Shown piece by piece: positions 8,615 to 17,548 of a stretch of DNA of 42,288 nt. The stretch lies in contig JAGGSD010000108.1 in NCBI GenBank assembly GCA_021159265.1, forward strand, positions 1 to 42,288, in the 5' to 3' direction. Each line of letters starts with the position of its first letter. The first letter of the stretch is position 1. The translations under genes were made by a program, and so were the position numbers. The DNA comes from Syntrophobacterales bacterium. Lineage in GTDB: Bacteria > Desulfobacterota > Syntrophia > Syntrophales > UBA6807. The notes below the pieces were generated by a model. It searched no databases, was not told the origin of the DNA, and saw only the letters and a list, made by a program, of their open reading frames with translations.

Positions 8615-10303
8615 ATGGAGGAGGAAGTGACTGGTAAAAATAACGCAAGCGAAGTCAACTGGGATGACTATCTCAAGGCATATTATGAGAAACCATCCAG
8701 TTTCAAGAGCTGGTCGGGGTATGATGTAAAGGAAATTTATACTCCGGAAGACAGTCCTGATGAGAAGTATGAAGAAAAAATTGCAGATGCCGGCGAATAC
8801 CCTTTCACCCGGGGAATTCACGCAAACATGTTCCGTGGCCGGTTATGGACTAAAAGGGAGGTTGTAGGCATAGGTTCGCCTGCGGACACACATGAGCGTC
8901 TGCAATATCTGGTTGAGCAGGGGGGCTCCGGGTTGAACACCATCGCTGATGTTACTTATGAGATGGGGCTTGATGCGGATCATCCCTGGGCAGTCAATGA
9001 AGTCGGCTTAACAGGTGTAAATATTACCTCCATTAAGGACATGGAGACGCTGACCAAAGACATACCCCTGGACAAAGTCAGCTGGTCTCTGATTACTGCT
9101 TCCACGGCCGCATCAGTAACCATGGCTCAATACATAGCTGTTGCGGAAGACGCAGGTTATCAACCGGCGGCATTGCGTGGTTCTGTGCAGAATGATCCAA
9201 TACACTTTCGTTACTGCGGTTTCAGGCCTGCATCTCCTTTGGATTTATCCATCAAGCTGGGTTCCGACGTCATGGAATACTGCACAAGGAACCTGCCCAA
9301 GTGGTATTACACGACTGTGAATATGTATGATCTGAGGGAACAGGGGATAACAGCGCCTCAGGAAGTGGCGTTCGGTTTTGGCATCGCCATGTGTTACATA
9401 GATGAACTGATTCGACGTGGATTGAATATTGATGAATTTGCCCCGCGGTTTACCTTTTATGTTTCCTGTCATATGGACATTTTTGAGGAAGTGGCCAAGA
9501 TCAGGGCTGCGCGAAGGATGTGGGCAAAATTGATGAAGGAGAAGTATGGGGCAAAAGACCCGCGTTCGATGCACTTCCGCTTCGCGGTTCATACGGCAGG
9601 GTGTTCGCTTATTCCACAACAGCCGTTGAATAATATTGTGCGGGTTGCGTATGAGGGTCTGACTGCCGTTTTGGCCGGTGTACAGTCTCTCCACTGCTGT
9701 TCATATGATGAGCCCATGTGTCTTCCTTCTGAAAAGGCACATCTCCAGGCCCTGCGAACGCAACAGATCCTTGCATACGAAACGGGGGTAACAAATGTGG
9801 CTGATCCCCTGGGAGGGTCGTACTATGTAGAGAGTCTCACCGACAAGATGGAAGAGGAAGTTTTGAAGGTTATGAAGCGGGTTGAAGATGTCGGGGGAAT
9901 GGAAGAGGCTATTCGCACAGAGTGGCTGGATCACGAACTTGAATCTGAAGCTGTCGAACGGCAAAAGGAACTGGACGATGGCTCGAAACTTGTGGTTGGA
10001 CTCAACATTTTCAAAGAGGAAGAGGAAAAGGAGACGCCTATGGGCGTCCAGCGAGTTTCGCCGCAGTCCGCAAAGCAGCAGATAGAAGAAGTCAAAGAGC
10101 TGAAGCGCACAAGGGATATGAGCAAAGTAAGAGATGCCATAAAGCGTATCAGGGACGAGGCGGGAGAAGGTAAAAATACTATTCCTCCAATGATGGAAGC
10201 TTCAAGAGCATTCGCGACAACCGGAGAAATGTTAGGCACCATTCGCCAGGTATTTGGATATTCATATGATCCTATGGAGATCATTGAATCACCATTCGAT
10301 TAA
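8615..10303 (+). CDS. B12-dependent acyl-CoA mutase large subunit, paralogue 1 (highly divergent active site)
   Basis: MCM-family strings GEYPFTRGI, FAPRFTF, AKIRAARRMWAK and DPLGGSYYVESLT. The substrate-pocket motifs are altered (see findings). The start could instead be GTG 8627, preceded by GGAGGAGG. Confidence 0.85.
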   Translation: MEEEVTGKNNASEVNWDDYLKAYYEKPSSFKSWSGYDVKEIYTPEDSPDEKYEEKIADAGEYPFTRGIHANMFRGRLWTKREVVGIGSPADTHERLQYLVEQGGSGLNTIADVTYEMGLDADHPWAVNEVGLTGVNITSIKDMETLTKDIPLDKVSWSLITASTAASVTMAQYIAVAEDAGYQPAALRGSVQNDPIHFRYCGFRPASPLDLSIKLGSDVMEYCTRNLPKWYYTTVNMYDLREQGITAPQEVAFGFGIAMCYIDELIRRGLNIDEFAPRFTFYVSCHMDIFEEVAKIRAARRMWAKLMKEKYGAKDPRSMHFRFAVHTAGCSLIPQQPLNNIVRVAYEGLTAVLAGVQSLHCCSYDEPMCLPSEKAHLQALRTQQILAYETGVTNVADPLGGSYYVESLTDKMEEEVLKVMKRVEDVGGMEEAIRTEWLDHELESEAVERQKELDDGSKLVVGLNIFKEEEEKETPMGVQRVSPQSAKQQIEEVKELKRTRDMSKVRDAIKRIRDEAGEGKNTIPPMMEASRAFATTGEMLGTIRQVFGYSYDPMEIIESPFD

Positions 10304-10325
10304 TCATGTGTGAGGAGTTTGAGAT

Positions 10326-10733
10326 ATGATCAAAGGAAAGAAGAAAAAGATTAAGGCGCTGGTAACCAAGGTTGGCCTGGACGGTCATGATAGAGGCGCA
10401 AAGGTGGTGGCTTCCATGCTTAAGGAGGCGGGGATGGAGGTGATATACCTGGGGATGTACCAAATGCCGGAAAATATTGTAAAAGCCGCCCTTGATGAAG
10501 ATGTGGATGTTATAGGTTTAAGCTATCTGTCAGGCGAACATCTCATTTTTACTCCCCTAATTGTTGAAGAGATGAAAAAAAACGGTTTGGATAACGTATT
10601 ACTGGTCGCCGGCGGCACTTTCCCCGCAGAAGATATTCCAATAATGGAAGAGATGGGGATTGATAAAGTATTCAGAGCCGGTTCCCTTACTGAGTCTTTT
10701 GTGGAATACATCAGAGATAATGTGAAAGAGTGA
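10326..10733 (+). CDS. Cobalamin-binding small subunit (partner of mutase 1)
   Basis: 135 aa with [15 protein letters not shown] (DxHxxG), GLSYLSGEH (SxL) and VAGGTFP (GG). GAGGAG precedes the ATG. Confidence 0.9.
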   Translation: MIKGKKKKIKALVTKVGLDGHDRGAKVVASMLKEAGMEVIYLGMYQMPENIVKAALDEDVDVIGLSYLSGEHLIFTPLIVEEMKKNGLDNVLLVAGGTFPAEDIPIMEEMGIDKVFRAGSLTESFVEYIRDNVKE

Positions 10734-10743
10734 TAGGGAAAAT

Positions 10744-11736
10744 ATGAAAAAGAGTAAGGATATCGATGAAATGATACAGCAATTGTTTGCCGGTAACCGC
10801 CGAGCCGCTTCTCGTCTCATTACCCGGGTGGAAAATGAGACAGAAGATCATCATGAGATAATGAAGAAAATTTATCCTCGTACCGGGCAGGCGACGATTG
10901 TGGGAATAACAGGTTCCGGCGGAGCTGGAAAAAGCACGCTGACAGACCACCTGATTCAGAAGTTCCGTGAGCAGGGGAAAACAGTCGGAGTTATTGTAGT
11001 AGATCCGAGTAGTCCTTTTTCGGGAGGCGCCTTGTTGGGCGACCGTATCCGTCTTCAACGTCACTTTCTGGATGATGGGGTTTACATAAGAAGTCTGGCG
11101 TCAAGAGGCTGCCTGGGAGGCCTGTCGAGCGCAACCTATAATGTCATTCGTATCCTGGAGGCCATGGGAATGGATATTATCATTGTGGAGACCCTTGGCG
11201 CGGGACAGGATGAGATTGATATTATTCATATCGCAAACACTTGTATTCTGGTGGCGACACCGGGGATGGGTGACGACATCCAGGCCATGAAAGCGGGGAT
11301 CATGGAAATCGCGGATATCATAGCTCTCAACAAATCGGATCTGGAAGGGGCAAACAGATCTCTACGACAGTTGCAAACCGCTTTATCGGTTGCCTCCCTT
11401 GAGGAGGGGCAGTGGGCGCCCCGGGTGATACCGACAGTATCTATAGGAAGCAGGCCTGAAGATCTCAAGGGCATCGACGAACTGGCGTCCGCAATAACAG
11501 AACATCAGGAATACCTGCATACAACGAGATCTATTGATAAGGTCAAATTTGAAAGAGTGGAAGAAGAGCTGGGCCTTGTCTTTAAAGATGAACTGCAGAG
11601 GTTGATTTTCAAGGGGCTGAGAGGGACGGGCAAGAAGAGGAAATATATTAACAGTATTATTGAAGGGAAAAATGATCCCTATTCTGTGGTCGAGGAAATT
11701 TTGAATACCTATTTAATCCGAAAAAAGAAGAAATGA
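10744..11736 (+). CDS. meaB: MeaB/ArgK-type G3E GTPase (mutase metallochaperone)
   Basis: P-loop GITGSGGAGKST, Walker B-like VETLGAGQDE and NKSD specificity motif. It sits between mutase subunit genes, as in icm/hcm/mcm operons. Confidence 0.9.
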   Translation: MKKSKDIDEMIQQLFAGNRRAASRLITRVENETEDHHEIMKKIYPRTGQATIVGITGSGGAGKSTLTDHLIQKFREQGKTVGVIVVDPSSPFSGGALLGDRIRLQRHFLDDGVYIRSLASRGCLGGLSSATYNVIRILEAMGMDIIIVETLGAGQDEIDIIHIANTCILVATPGMGDDIQAMKAGIMEIADIIALNKSDLEGANRSLRQLQTALSVASLEEGQWAPRVIPTVSIGSRPEDLKGIDELASAITEHQEYLHTTRSIDKVKFERVEEELGLVFKDELQRLIFKGLRGTGKKRKYINSIIEGKNDPYSVVEEILNTYLIRKKKK

Positions 11737-11742
11737 TACTCA

Positions 11743-13386
11743 ATGAATAATCCGGATTACATGGAAGCAAAAAAGTATGGGGAAGATATTTCTCTGGATG
11801 AGGAGCTTTATCGCAACCTCTCCGGGTTCCATATTAAATCCCTTTATGGTCCTGAAGATATTCCGAAGTTCGATTATGGAACCGACCTGGGTTTGCCGGG
11901 TGAATATCCATTCACACGTGGGATTTATAGAACCATGTACAGGGGAAAACCTTGGACTATCCGGCAATTGGGGTCTCTGGGTTCGCCTTCGGAGGCTAAC
12001 CGGCGAATCAGGCAGTTAATACAGATGGGTTCCACAGGAGTCAGCATCTGCCTGGATATGCCTACCATCATGGGAAGGGATTCTGATGATCCCATGTCTG
12101 AAGGGGAAGTGGGAAGCTGTGGCGGTGTGGCCATCGACTCTCTGGAAGATATGCGCAACCTCCTGGAGGGTCTTCCGCTTGATGAGATCAGCATCAATTT
12201 TGTCTCCAATTCTCAGTCTCCGGTCATTTTAGCCATGTTTGTCGCAGTTGCCGGGGAACAGGGTATTCCTCTCGCAAAACTCAACGGCACAATGCAGAAC
12301 GATATCCTCAAGGAATATCAGGCCCAGAAGTCTTATTATTTTCCACCACGTCCTTCCATGCGTCTTACCATCGATACGCTTCGTTTTTGTAGTGAGAATA
12401 TGCCGCTCTTTAACCCCATCAGCATTAGTGGGTATCATCTGGCCTCTGCGGGCGCAACTCCTGTTCAGGAATTGGCATTTACACTTGCCAATGGTTTTAC
12501 TTATATAGAGGAAGGGATTAAAGCGGGACTTTCTGTTGACAGCTTTGCCCCGCGGCTTTCTTTTTTCTTTAAGGCACATAATGATTTTTTTGAAAATATT
12601 GCCAAATTTCGTGCTGCCCGTCGAATCTGGTCCCGGACAATACGTGAGAAATATAAAGCCGAAGATCCGCGTTCGTGGCGATTCAGAGTTCATACACAGA
12701 CCTCAGGGTCTTCACTCGCGGCTCAGGAACCGGAAAATAATATTATGAGGGTGACTATCCAGGCGCTTTCGGCAGTCCTGGCGGGGACCCAGTCATTGCA
12801 TACCAATGCCTTTGACGAGGCATTTTCCATACCCACTCCGAGGTCTGAAAAACTGGCTTTGAGGGCTCAACAGATTATCGCCCGCGAGAGCGGGGTTATT
12901 AACACAGTGGATCCTCTTGGAGGTTCCTATTATATCGAGGCGCTGACTAACGAGATGGAGTCCGTGTCCTATGAGTATTTCAGAGAAATAGAAAATCTAG
13001 GTGGGGTCATTTCAGCCATAGAAAAGGGTTTCTATCAGAGCGCCATAGCCGATTCCGCCTTCAAATATCAGGAAGAGATTGAAAAGAAAAAGAGAATTGT
13101 GGTCGGTCTCAACGAGTTTGTTACAGATGAAGAGATGGATATCGAACTGAGAGAACCCGATCCGGAGTTTGAGAAACAGAAGGTGGCGGATCTCACAGCG
13201 CTTAAAAAAAATAGAGATTTAAATGTAGTCAAGACCTGCCTGAGTGAAGTCAGACAAGTCATTCAGGGATCGGATAATGTCATGCCGGTCCTGATAAAGG
13301 CTGTAAAATCCCGCGTTACTCTGGGTGAAATCATTAATGTCATGCGGGACATTTTCGGCGAATTCAGGGAAGAGTCCATATATTGA
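11743..13386 (+). CDS. B12-dependent acyl-CoA mutase large subunit, paralogue 2 (ICM/HCM/PCM-like, Gln at the Arg207 position)
   Basis: GEYPFTRGIYRTMYRGKPWTIRQ, GTMQNDILKEYQAQK, ISISGYH, FAPRLSFFF, SLHTNAFDEA and DPLGGSYYIEALT. Confidence 0.9.
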   Translation: MNNPDYMEAKKYGEDISLDEELYRNLSGFHIKSLYGPEDIPKFDYGTDLGLPGEYPFTRGIYRTMYRGKPWTIRQLGSLGSPSEANRRIRQLIQMGSTGVSICLDMPTIMGRDSDDPMSEGEVGSCGGVAIDSLEDMRNLLEGLPLDEISINFVSNSQSPVILAMFVAVAGEQGIPLAKLNGTMQNDILKEYQAQKSYYFPPRPSMRLTIDTLRFCSENMPLFNPISISGYHLASAGATPVQELAFTLANGFTYIEEGIKAGLSVDSFAPRLSFFFKAHNDFFENIAKFRAARRIWSRTIREKYKAEDPRSWRFRVHTQTSGSSLAAQEPENNIMRVTIQALSAVLAGTQSLHTNAFDEAFSIPTPRSEKLALRAQQIIARESGVINTVDPLGGSYYIEALTNEMESVSYEYFREIENLGGVISAIEKGFYQSAIADSAFKYQEEIEKKKRIVVGLNEFVTDEEMDIELREPDPEFEKQKVADLTALKKNRDLNVVKTCLSEVRQVIQGSDNVMPVLIKAVKSRVTLGEIINVMRDIFGEFREESIY

Positions 13387-13413
13387 CTCTCACATTTGTG
13401 GGGACGGGTTGAG

Positions 13414-13809
13414 ATGGCCGGTGAGAGAAAAAAAAGAATATTGATAGCGAAGCCAGGTCTCGACGGTCATGATCGTGGGGCGAAGGTGGTGGCAAGAGCT
13501 CTGCGTAATGCCGGTATGGAAGTCATCTATGCGGGCCTTCACCAGACACCGCTTCAGATAGTCAATACCGCAGTAGATGAGGATGTGGAGGCCATTGGGT
13601 TAAGCATTCTCTCGGGAGCGCACAAAACCATATTTCCCAAAGTTATGTCTCTTCTTAAGCAAAAGGGAATTTCAGATATATTGGTTTTCGGGGGCGGGAC
13701 AATTCCTAAAAAAGATTGGGGTATACTGAAGTCAATAGGTGTCGGAGAGATTTTCCCCCCCGGGTCGGACACACGAGAAATTGCAGCGTATCTGTATAAA
13801 GTTCTGTAG
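13414..13809 (+). CDS. Cobalamin-binding small subunit (partner of mutase 2), C-terminus truncated by repeat insertion
   Basis: [24 protein letters not shown] and FGGGTIP. ATG 13414 is preferred over the ORF-track TTG at 13396. The stop codon TAG lies inside the terminal inverted repeat of the 13806-13912 element. Confidence 0.88.
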   Translation: MAGERKKRILIAKPGLDGHDRGAKVVARALRNAGMEVIYAGLHQTPLQIVNTAVDEDVEAIGLSILSGAHKTIFPKVMSLLKQKGISDILVFGGGTIPKKDWGILKSIGVGEIFPPGSDTREIAAYLYKVL

Positions 13810-13912
13810 CCGTTCACGGCTTGAAACTTGAAATCGGAAAGTAGAAATTGGGAAGAACAGTACAAAAGTATGAAGGCCTAATTTCTAATTTCAACGTTCA
13901 GTGAACGGCTAC
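13806..13912. mobile_element. 107-bp palindromic MITE-like element (12-bp perfect TIRs, 8-bp direct-repeat flanks)
   Basis: TIRs GTAGCCGTTCAC (13806-13817) / GTGAACGGCTAC (13901-13912). Flanking direct repeat AAAGTTCT at 13798-13805 and 13913-13920. The interior is an imperfect palindrome (TAGAAATT / AATTTCTA) related to the repeats around glyQ. Confidence 0.65.
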
Positions 13913-13936
13913 AAAGTTCTTGAGGAGAAAAATTGA

Positions 13937-15619
13937 ATGTCTAAACTGTTTAACGAAGATGTTGTTGAAGAAATAACGAGGAAGGGAGATCGGTGGCAAC
14001 AAAGTACCGGCCATGGCGGAAAAGCAAATGACAGGGAATTTCGGACCCTTTCGGGCATTTCTGTTGAACCTGTGTACACTCCCGAACATACGGCTGATAT
14101 GGATTATTTACGCGATCTGGGATTTCCCGGTGAGCCCCCTTTTGTACGTGGCGTCCATCCGACGATGTACAGGGAACGTGCCTGGACAATGAGACAACTT
14201 GCGGGTTACGGCCCGCCTGAAGAGACCAATAAAAGATATAAATTACTTTTAAGTGAGGGTGCCACAGGGATAAACGGTATTTTCGATTATCCCACCCTTC
14301 GGGGTTATGATTCCACCGATCCCCTGGCCCGTGCCGATTGTGGGCGCGGCGGGGTAGCGATCGATACTCTGGAAGATATGCGTATTCTTTTCGACGGCAT
14401 ACCGCTTGAGAAGGTCAGTAGTTCTCTCGTAACTTGTCAACCGATATGCAACATCACAGTTCAATCCATGTATTTTGCCAATGCCAGGAATCGGGGCGTC
14501 CCGTTAGATAAGCTTACAGGAACGAGTCAAAATGATTTTTTGATGGAGACATGCATGGCTACGGCCCCCGGTGTTTTACCACCAAAAGCATCTTTTAAGC
14601 TGAGTTGTGATGCCATTGAATATTGCACTAAACATGCGCCCCGCTGGAATCCGATCAGTTTTGCCGGCTATAACTACAGAGAGTCCGGATGTACAGCGGA
14701 CCAGGAGGTGGCTTTTGTTATTGCGAATGCTATTGCCTGTTCAGAGGAGATGGTCAGGCGGGGACTCGATGTTGACGATTTTGCACCCAGGCTCAGTTTT
14801 TTTATGAATGGTCAAAGCGATTTTTTTGAAGAAATTGCCAAGTATCGGGCTGCCAGAAGAGTTTGGTATCGGGTAATGAAGGAACGATTCAAAGCGAAGA
14901 ACCCCCGCTCCCTGGCTTTCAGGTTTCATGTACAAACGGCTGGTGTGGCTCTGACGGCTCAACAGCCTTTGAACAACATAGCTCGGTCGGCATATCATGC
15001 CCTTTCGGCGGCGCTGGGAGGCGCTCAATCCGTGCACATAGATGGTTATGATGAGGCGCTGTGTATACCGACTGAGCTTTCATCGATCACCGCTTTAAGA
15101 TGCAACCAGATTTTACAGCTTGAGACCAGGGTGACCAACACCGTAGATCCTCTGGGGGGATCTTATTTTGTGGAGGCGCTAACCAGCAAGCTGGAGGAAA
15201 AAATACTTATGCTCTTGGAGGAAATGGACGGGCTTGGCGGTATTGTTAAGGCAACAGAGACAGGCTGGATACATGGCAAGATTGCTGATGCGGCCTATGA
15301 ATATCAAAATGATATTGAAACGGGGAAAATGCCTGTCGTTGGAGTAAATTGTTACCGGATGGATGACGAGGTGCTTCCCATAGAGCTCTTCGAAGTGCCG
15401 GAAACAGCTAAAGTGCAGGAGAAGAGGCTCAAAAGGATTAAAAAAGAACGTAGTGATTCAGAGGTGCGGCGGGCGCTGGATGCAATTTCCCGTTGTTGTG
15501 ACGAGGATGGGAACCTTATGGAGGTGATAGTGGAATCTGTGCAATCTCTTGTAACGGAGGGAGAAATAACAGAGGTCCTGAAGGATAAATACGGTGTATG
15601 GAATCCGCCGCTATTTTGA
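13937..15619 (+). CDS. B12-dependent acyl-CoA mutase large subunit, paralogue 3 (non-canonical pocket)
   Basis: GEPPFVRGVHPTMYRERAWTMRQ, FAPRLSFFM, AKYRAARRVW and DPLGGSYFVEALT. GAGGAG lies 9 nt before the ATG. Confidence 0.9.
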   Translation: MSKLFNEDVVEEITRKGDRWQQSTGHGGKANDREFRTLSGISVEPVYTPEHTADMDYLRDLGFPGEPPFVRGVHPTMYRERAWTMRQLAGYGPPEETNKRYKLLLSEGATGINGIFDYPTLRGYDSTDPLARADCGRGGVAIDTLEDMRILFDGIPLEKVSSSLVTCQPICNITVQSMYFANARNRGVPLDKLTGTSQNDFLMETCMATAPGVLPPKASFKLSCDAIEYCTKHAPRWNPISFAGYNYRESGCTADQEVAFVIANAIACSEEMVRRGLDVDDFAPRLSFFMNGQSDFFEEIAKYRAARRVWYRVMKERFKAKNPRSLAFRFHVQTAGVALTAQQPLNNIARSAYHALSAALGGAQSVHIDGYDEALCIPTELSSITALRCNQILQLETRVTNTVDPLGGSYFVEALTSKLEEKILMLLEEMDGLGGIVKATETGWIHGKIADAAYEYQNDIETGKMPVVGVNCYRMDDEVLPIELFEVPETAKVQEKRLKRIKKERSDSEVRRALDAISRCCDEDGNLMEVIVESVQSLVTEGEITEVLKDKYGVWNPPLF

Positions 15620-15653
15620 TTCTTGAAAATTGTAATATGAGAGAGAGGAATAG

Positions 15654-16040
15654 ATGAAAAAAGCGATCAGGGTAGTGATAGCGCGTCTTGGCATGGATGC
15701 TCACTGGAGGGGAAGCGTTGTGGTAGCGCGCGCCATACGTGATGCGGGAATGGAAGTTATCTATCTGGGGAATCAGATGCCGGAAGCTATTGTTGAAACT
15801 GCCATACAGGAAGATGTTAATGTGATAGGTCTGAGCACACTGTCGGGAAACCATCTGGAATTAGCGCCGGAGGTGGTCAGATTGCTCAGAGAAAAGGGGA
15901 TAAGGGACATACTGGTGATTCTTGGAGGAACCATCCCACCTGATGATATCCCAAAGCTCAAAGCGGCAGGTATAGCGGAGGTCTTTGGTACGGGGTCATC
16001 TTTGGAAAAGATTGTCCGGTTTGTATCAGGATCAGATTGA
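15654..16040 (+). CDS. Cobalamin-binding small subunit (partner of mutase 3) with variant DAHWRG motif
   Basis: 128 aa with ARLGMDAHWRGSVVV (DxHxxG kept; Lys to Arg, Gly to Ala, Asp to Trp relative to the other three), GLSTLSGNH and LGGTIP. Confidence 0.85.
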   Translation: MKKAIRVVIARLGMDAHWRGSVVVARAIRDAGMEVIYLGNQMPEAIVETAIQEDVNVIGLSTLSGNHLELAPEVVRLLREKGIRDILVILGGTIPPDDIPKLKAAGIAEVFGTGSSLEKIVRFVSGSD

Positions 16041-16081
16041 ATAAATTTTACAAAGTAAACATTTTAGACGAGGAAGGAGGA

Positions 16082-17533
16082 ATGGATAAAGTGAAGGGAA
16101 TTACAGCTTACGGCATTTATTTGCCATATCACAGACTGAAACGCGAGACTATTTTTAAGGCTATGGGGTGGTTTAACCCTGGGGTTGGAGGCTTGGCTAA
16201 AGGTGAGAAAGCCGTAGCCAATTTTGATGAAGACAGTCTTACCATGGCTGTTGCCGCCGGTATGGATTGTTTCCCGGATATCGGCAGAGAAGAAATTGAT
16301 GCTCTGTATCTTGCCTCGACAACTTTTCCATACAAGGAAAGGGGAAATGCCTCAATTGCCGCCGGGGCATTGAATCTTTCTGCAAATACCCGAACCGCCG
16401 AGTTTTCCGGGTGTCTGAAATCGGGGACGACCGCGCTTATTTCGGCCCTCAACGCATCCGATTCAGAAACAACGATGGTCTGCGCATCCGACACTCGTCT
16501 TGGCAAGGCCGGCGGAACCGAGGAGCAGATGACGGGAGATGGAGCCGCTGCCGTTGCTGTGGGGAGTAAAGGAGTAATTGCTTCTCTTATTGACCATTAT
16601 TCTATCTCTTATGATTTTCCGGATCACAGGCGATTGGATTCAGATAAGTTTATCCGAAGCTGGGAAGAAAGATGGATGCGGGAAGCGGGTTATTTTAAAA
16701 TATTGCCGGAAGCTGTCAATGGTCTCCTTGCCAGGTGCGGGCTTCAAATCAGCGACATTACCAAAGTGGTTTATGCTCCCCCCAATCTCAGAGATCATAA
16801 AGCCATGGCTCAGAGTCTGGGCATAAAACCTGAGAGAGTTCAGTCTCCCCTAATCGAACCGGTGGGGAACACAGGGGCGGCGCATCCTCTGGTTATGCTG
16901 ATAGCGGCGCTGGAAGAAGCTCAGCCGGGCGATAAAATACTGGTGGCGAGTATGGGAAGCGGTAGCGACGCCTTGCTCTTTGAGGTTACGGAAGAGATAA
17001 CAAAACTGAAATCAAGGAACAAATTGAAGAAGAATCTGGATTACAAAGGTGAGCTTGACAATTATACAAAATACCTCTCATTCAAGGGTATGCTGGAAAA
17101 AGAGATAGGAATACGCGGTGAAGAAGTTTCACCCACCAGTCTATCCCTTCAATGGAGGGAACGGAACGCGGTTTTGAAACTGGTTGGCGCAAAATGCAAG
17201 GTTTGCGGGACCCCTCAGTTTCCCGCCGAAACTGTATGCATTAATCCCGAGTGCGGGGCGGTGGGTCAGATGGAGGAGTATTCCTTTTCAGACAAGACAG
17301 GTCACCTCTTTACCTTTACGGCCGATCACCTGGCTTTTACGGAAGACCCGCCGGGTCTGTATGGAATAGTAGATTTTGATGAGGGAGGCAGGTACTGGTT
17401 TGATATTACCGACTGTCGTCTGGAATCATTAAAGGTAGGTCAACCTGTGCAGATGACCTTTAGAAGAAGATATCTTGATGAGGCTCGTGGCATTGCCGGC
17501 TATTTCTGGAAAGCAATGCCCTTTAAGGGTTAA
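16082..17533 (+). CDS. HMG-CoA-synthase-like condensing-enzyme domain fused to a DUF35 Zn-ribbon/OB-fold domain
   Basis: N-terminal FDEDSLTMAV (Glu), EFSGCLKSGTTAL (Cys) and VGNTGAA (Asn). C-terminal CKVCG...CINPEC four-Cys ribbon plus OB-fold region. GGAAGGAGG precedes ATG 16082; the ORF-track TTG at 16037 is rejected. Confidence 0.8.
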   Translation: MDKVKGITAYGIYLPYHRLKRETIFKAMGWFNPGVGGLAKGEKAVANFDEDSLTMAVAAGMDCFPDIGREEIDALYLASTTFPYKERGNASIAAGALNLSANTRTAEFSGCLKSGTTALISALNASDSETTMVCASDTRLGKAGGTEEQMTGDGAAAVAVGSKGVIASLIDHYSISYDFPDHRRLDSDKFIRSWEERWMREAGYFKILPEAVNGLLARCGLQISDITKVVYAPPNLRDHKAMAQSLGIKPERVQSPLIEPVGNTGAAHPLVMLIAALEEAQPGDKILVASMGSGSDALLFEVTEEITKLKSRNKLKKNLDYKGELDNYTKYLSFKGMLEKEIGIRGEEVSPTSLSLQWRERNAVLKLVGAKCKVCGTPQFPAETVCINPECGAVGQMEEYSFSDKTGHLFTFTADHLAFTEDPPGLYGIVDFDEGGRYWFDITDCRLESLKVGQPVQMTFRRRYLDEARGIAGYFWKAMPFKG

Positions 17534-17548
17534 TGATATGTAACTATT

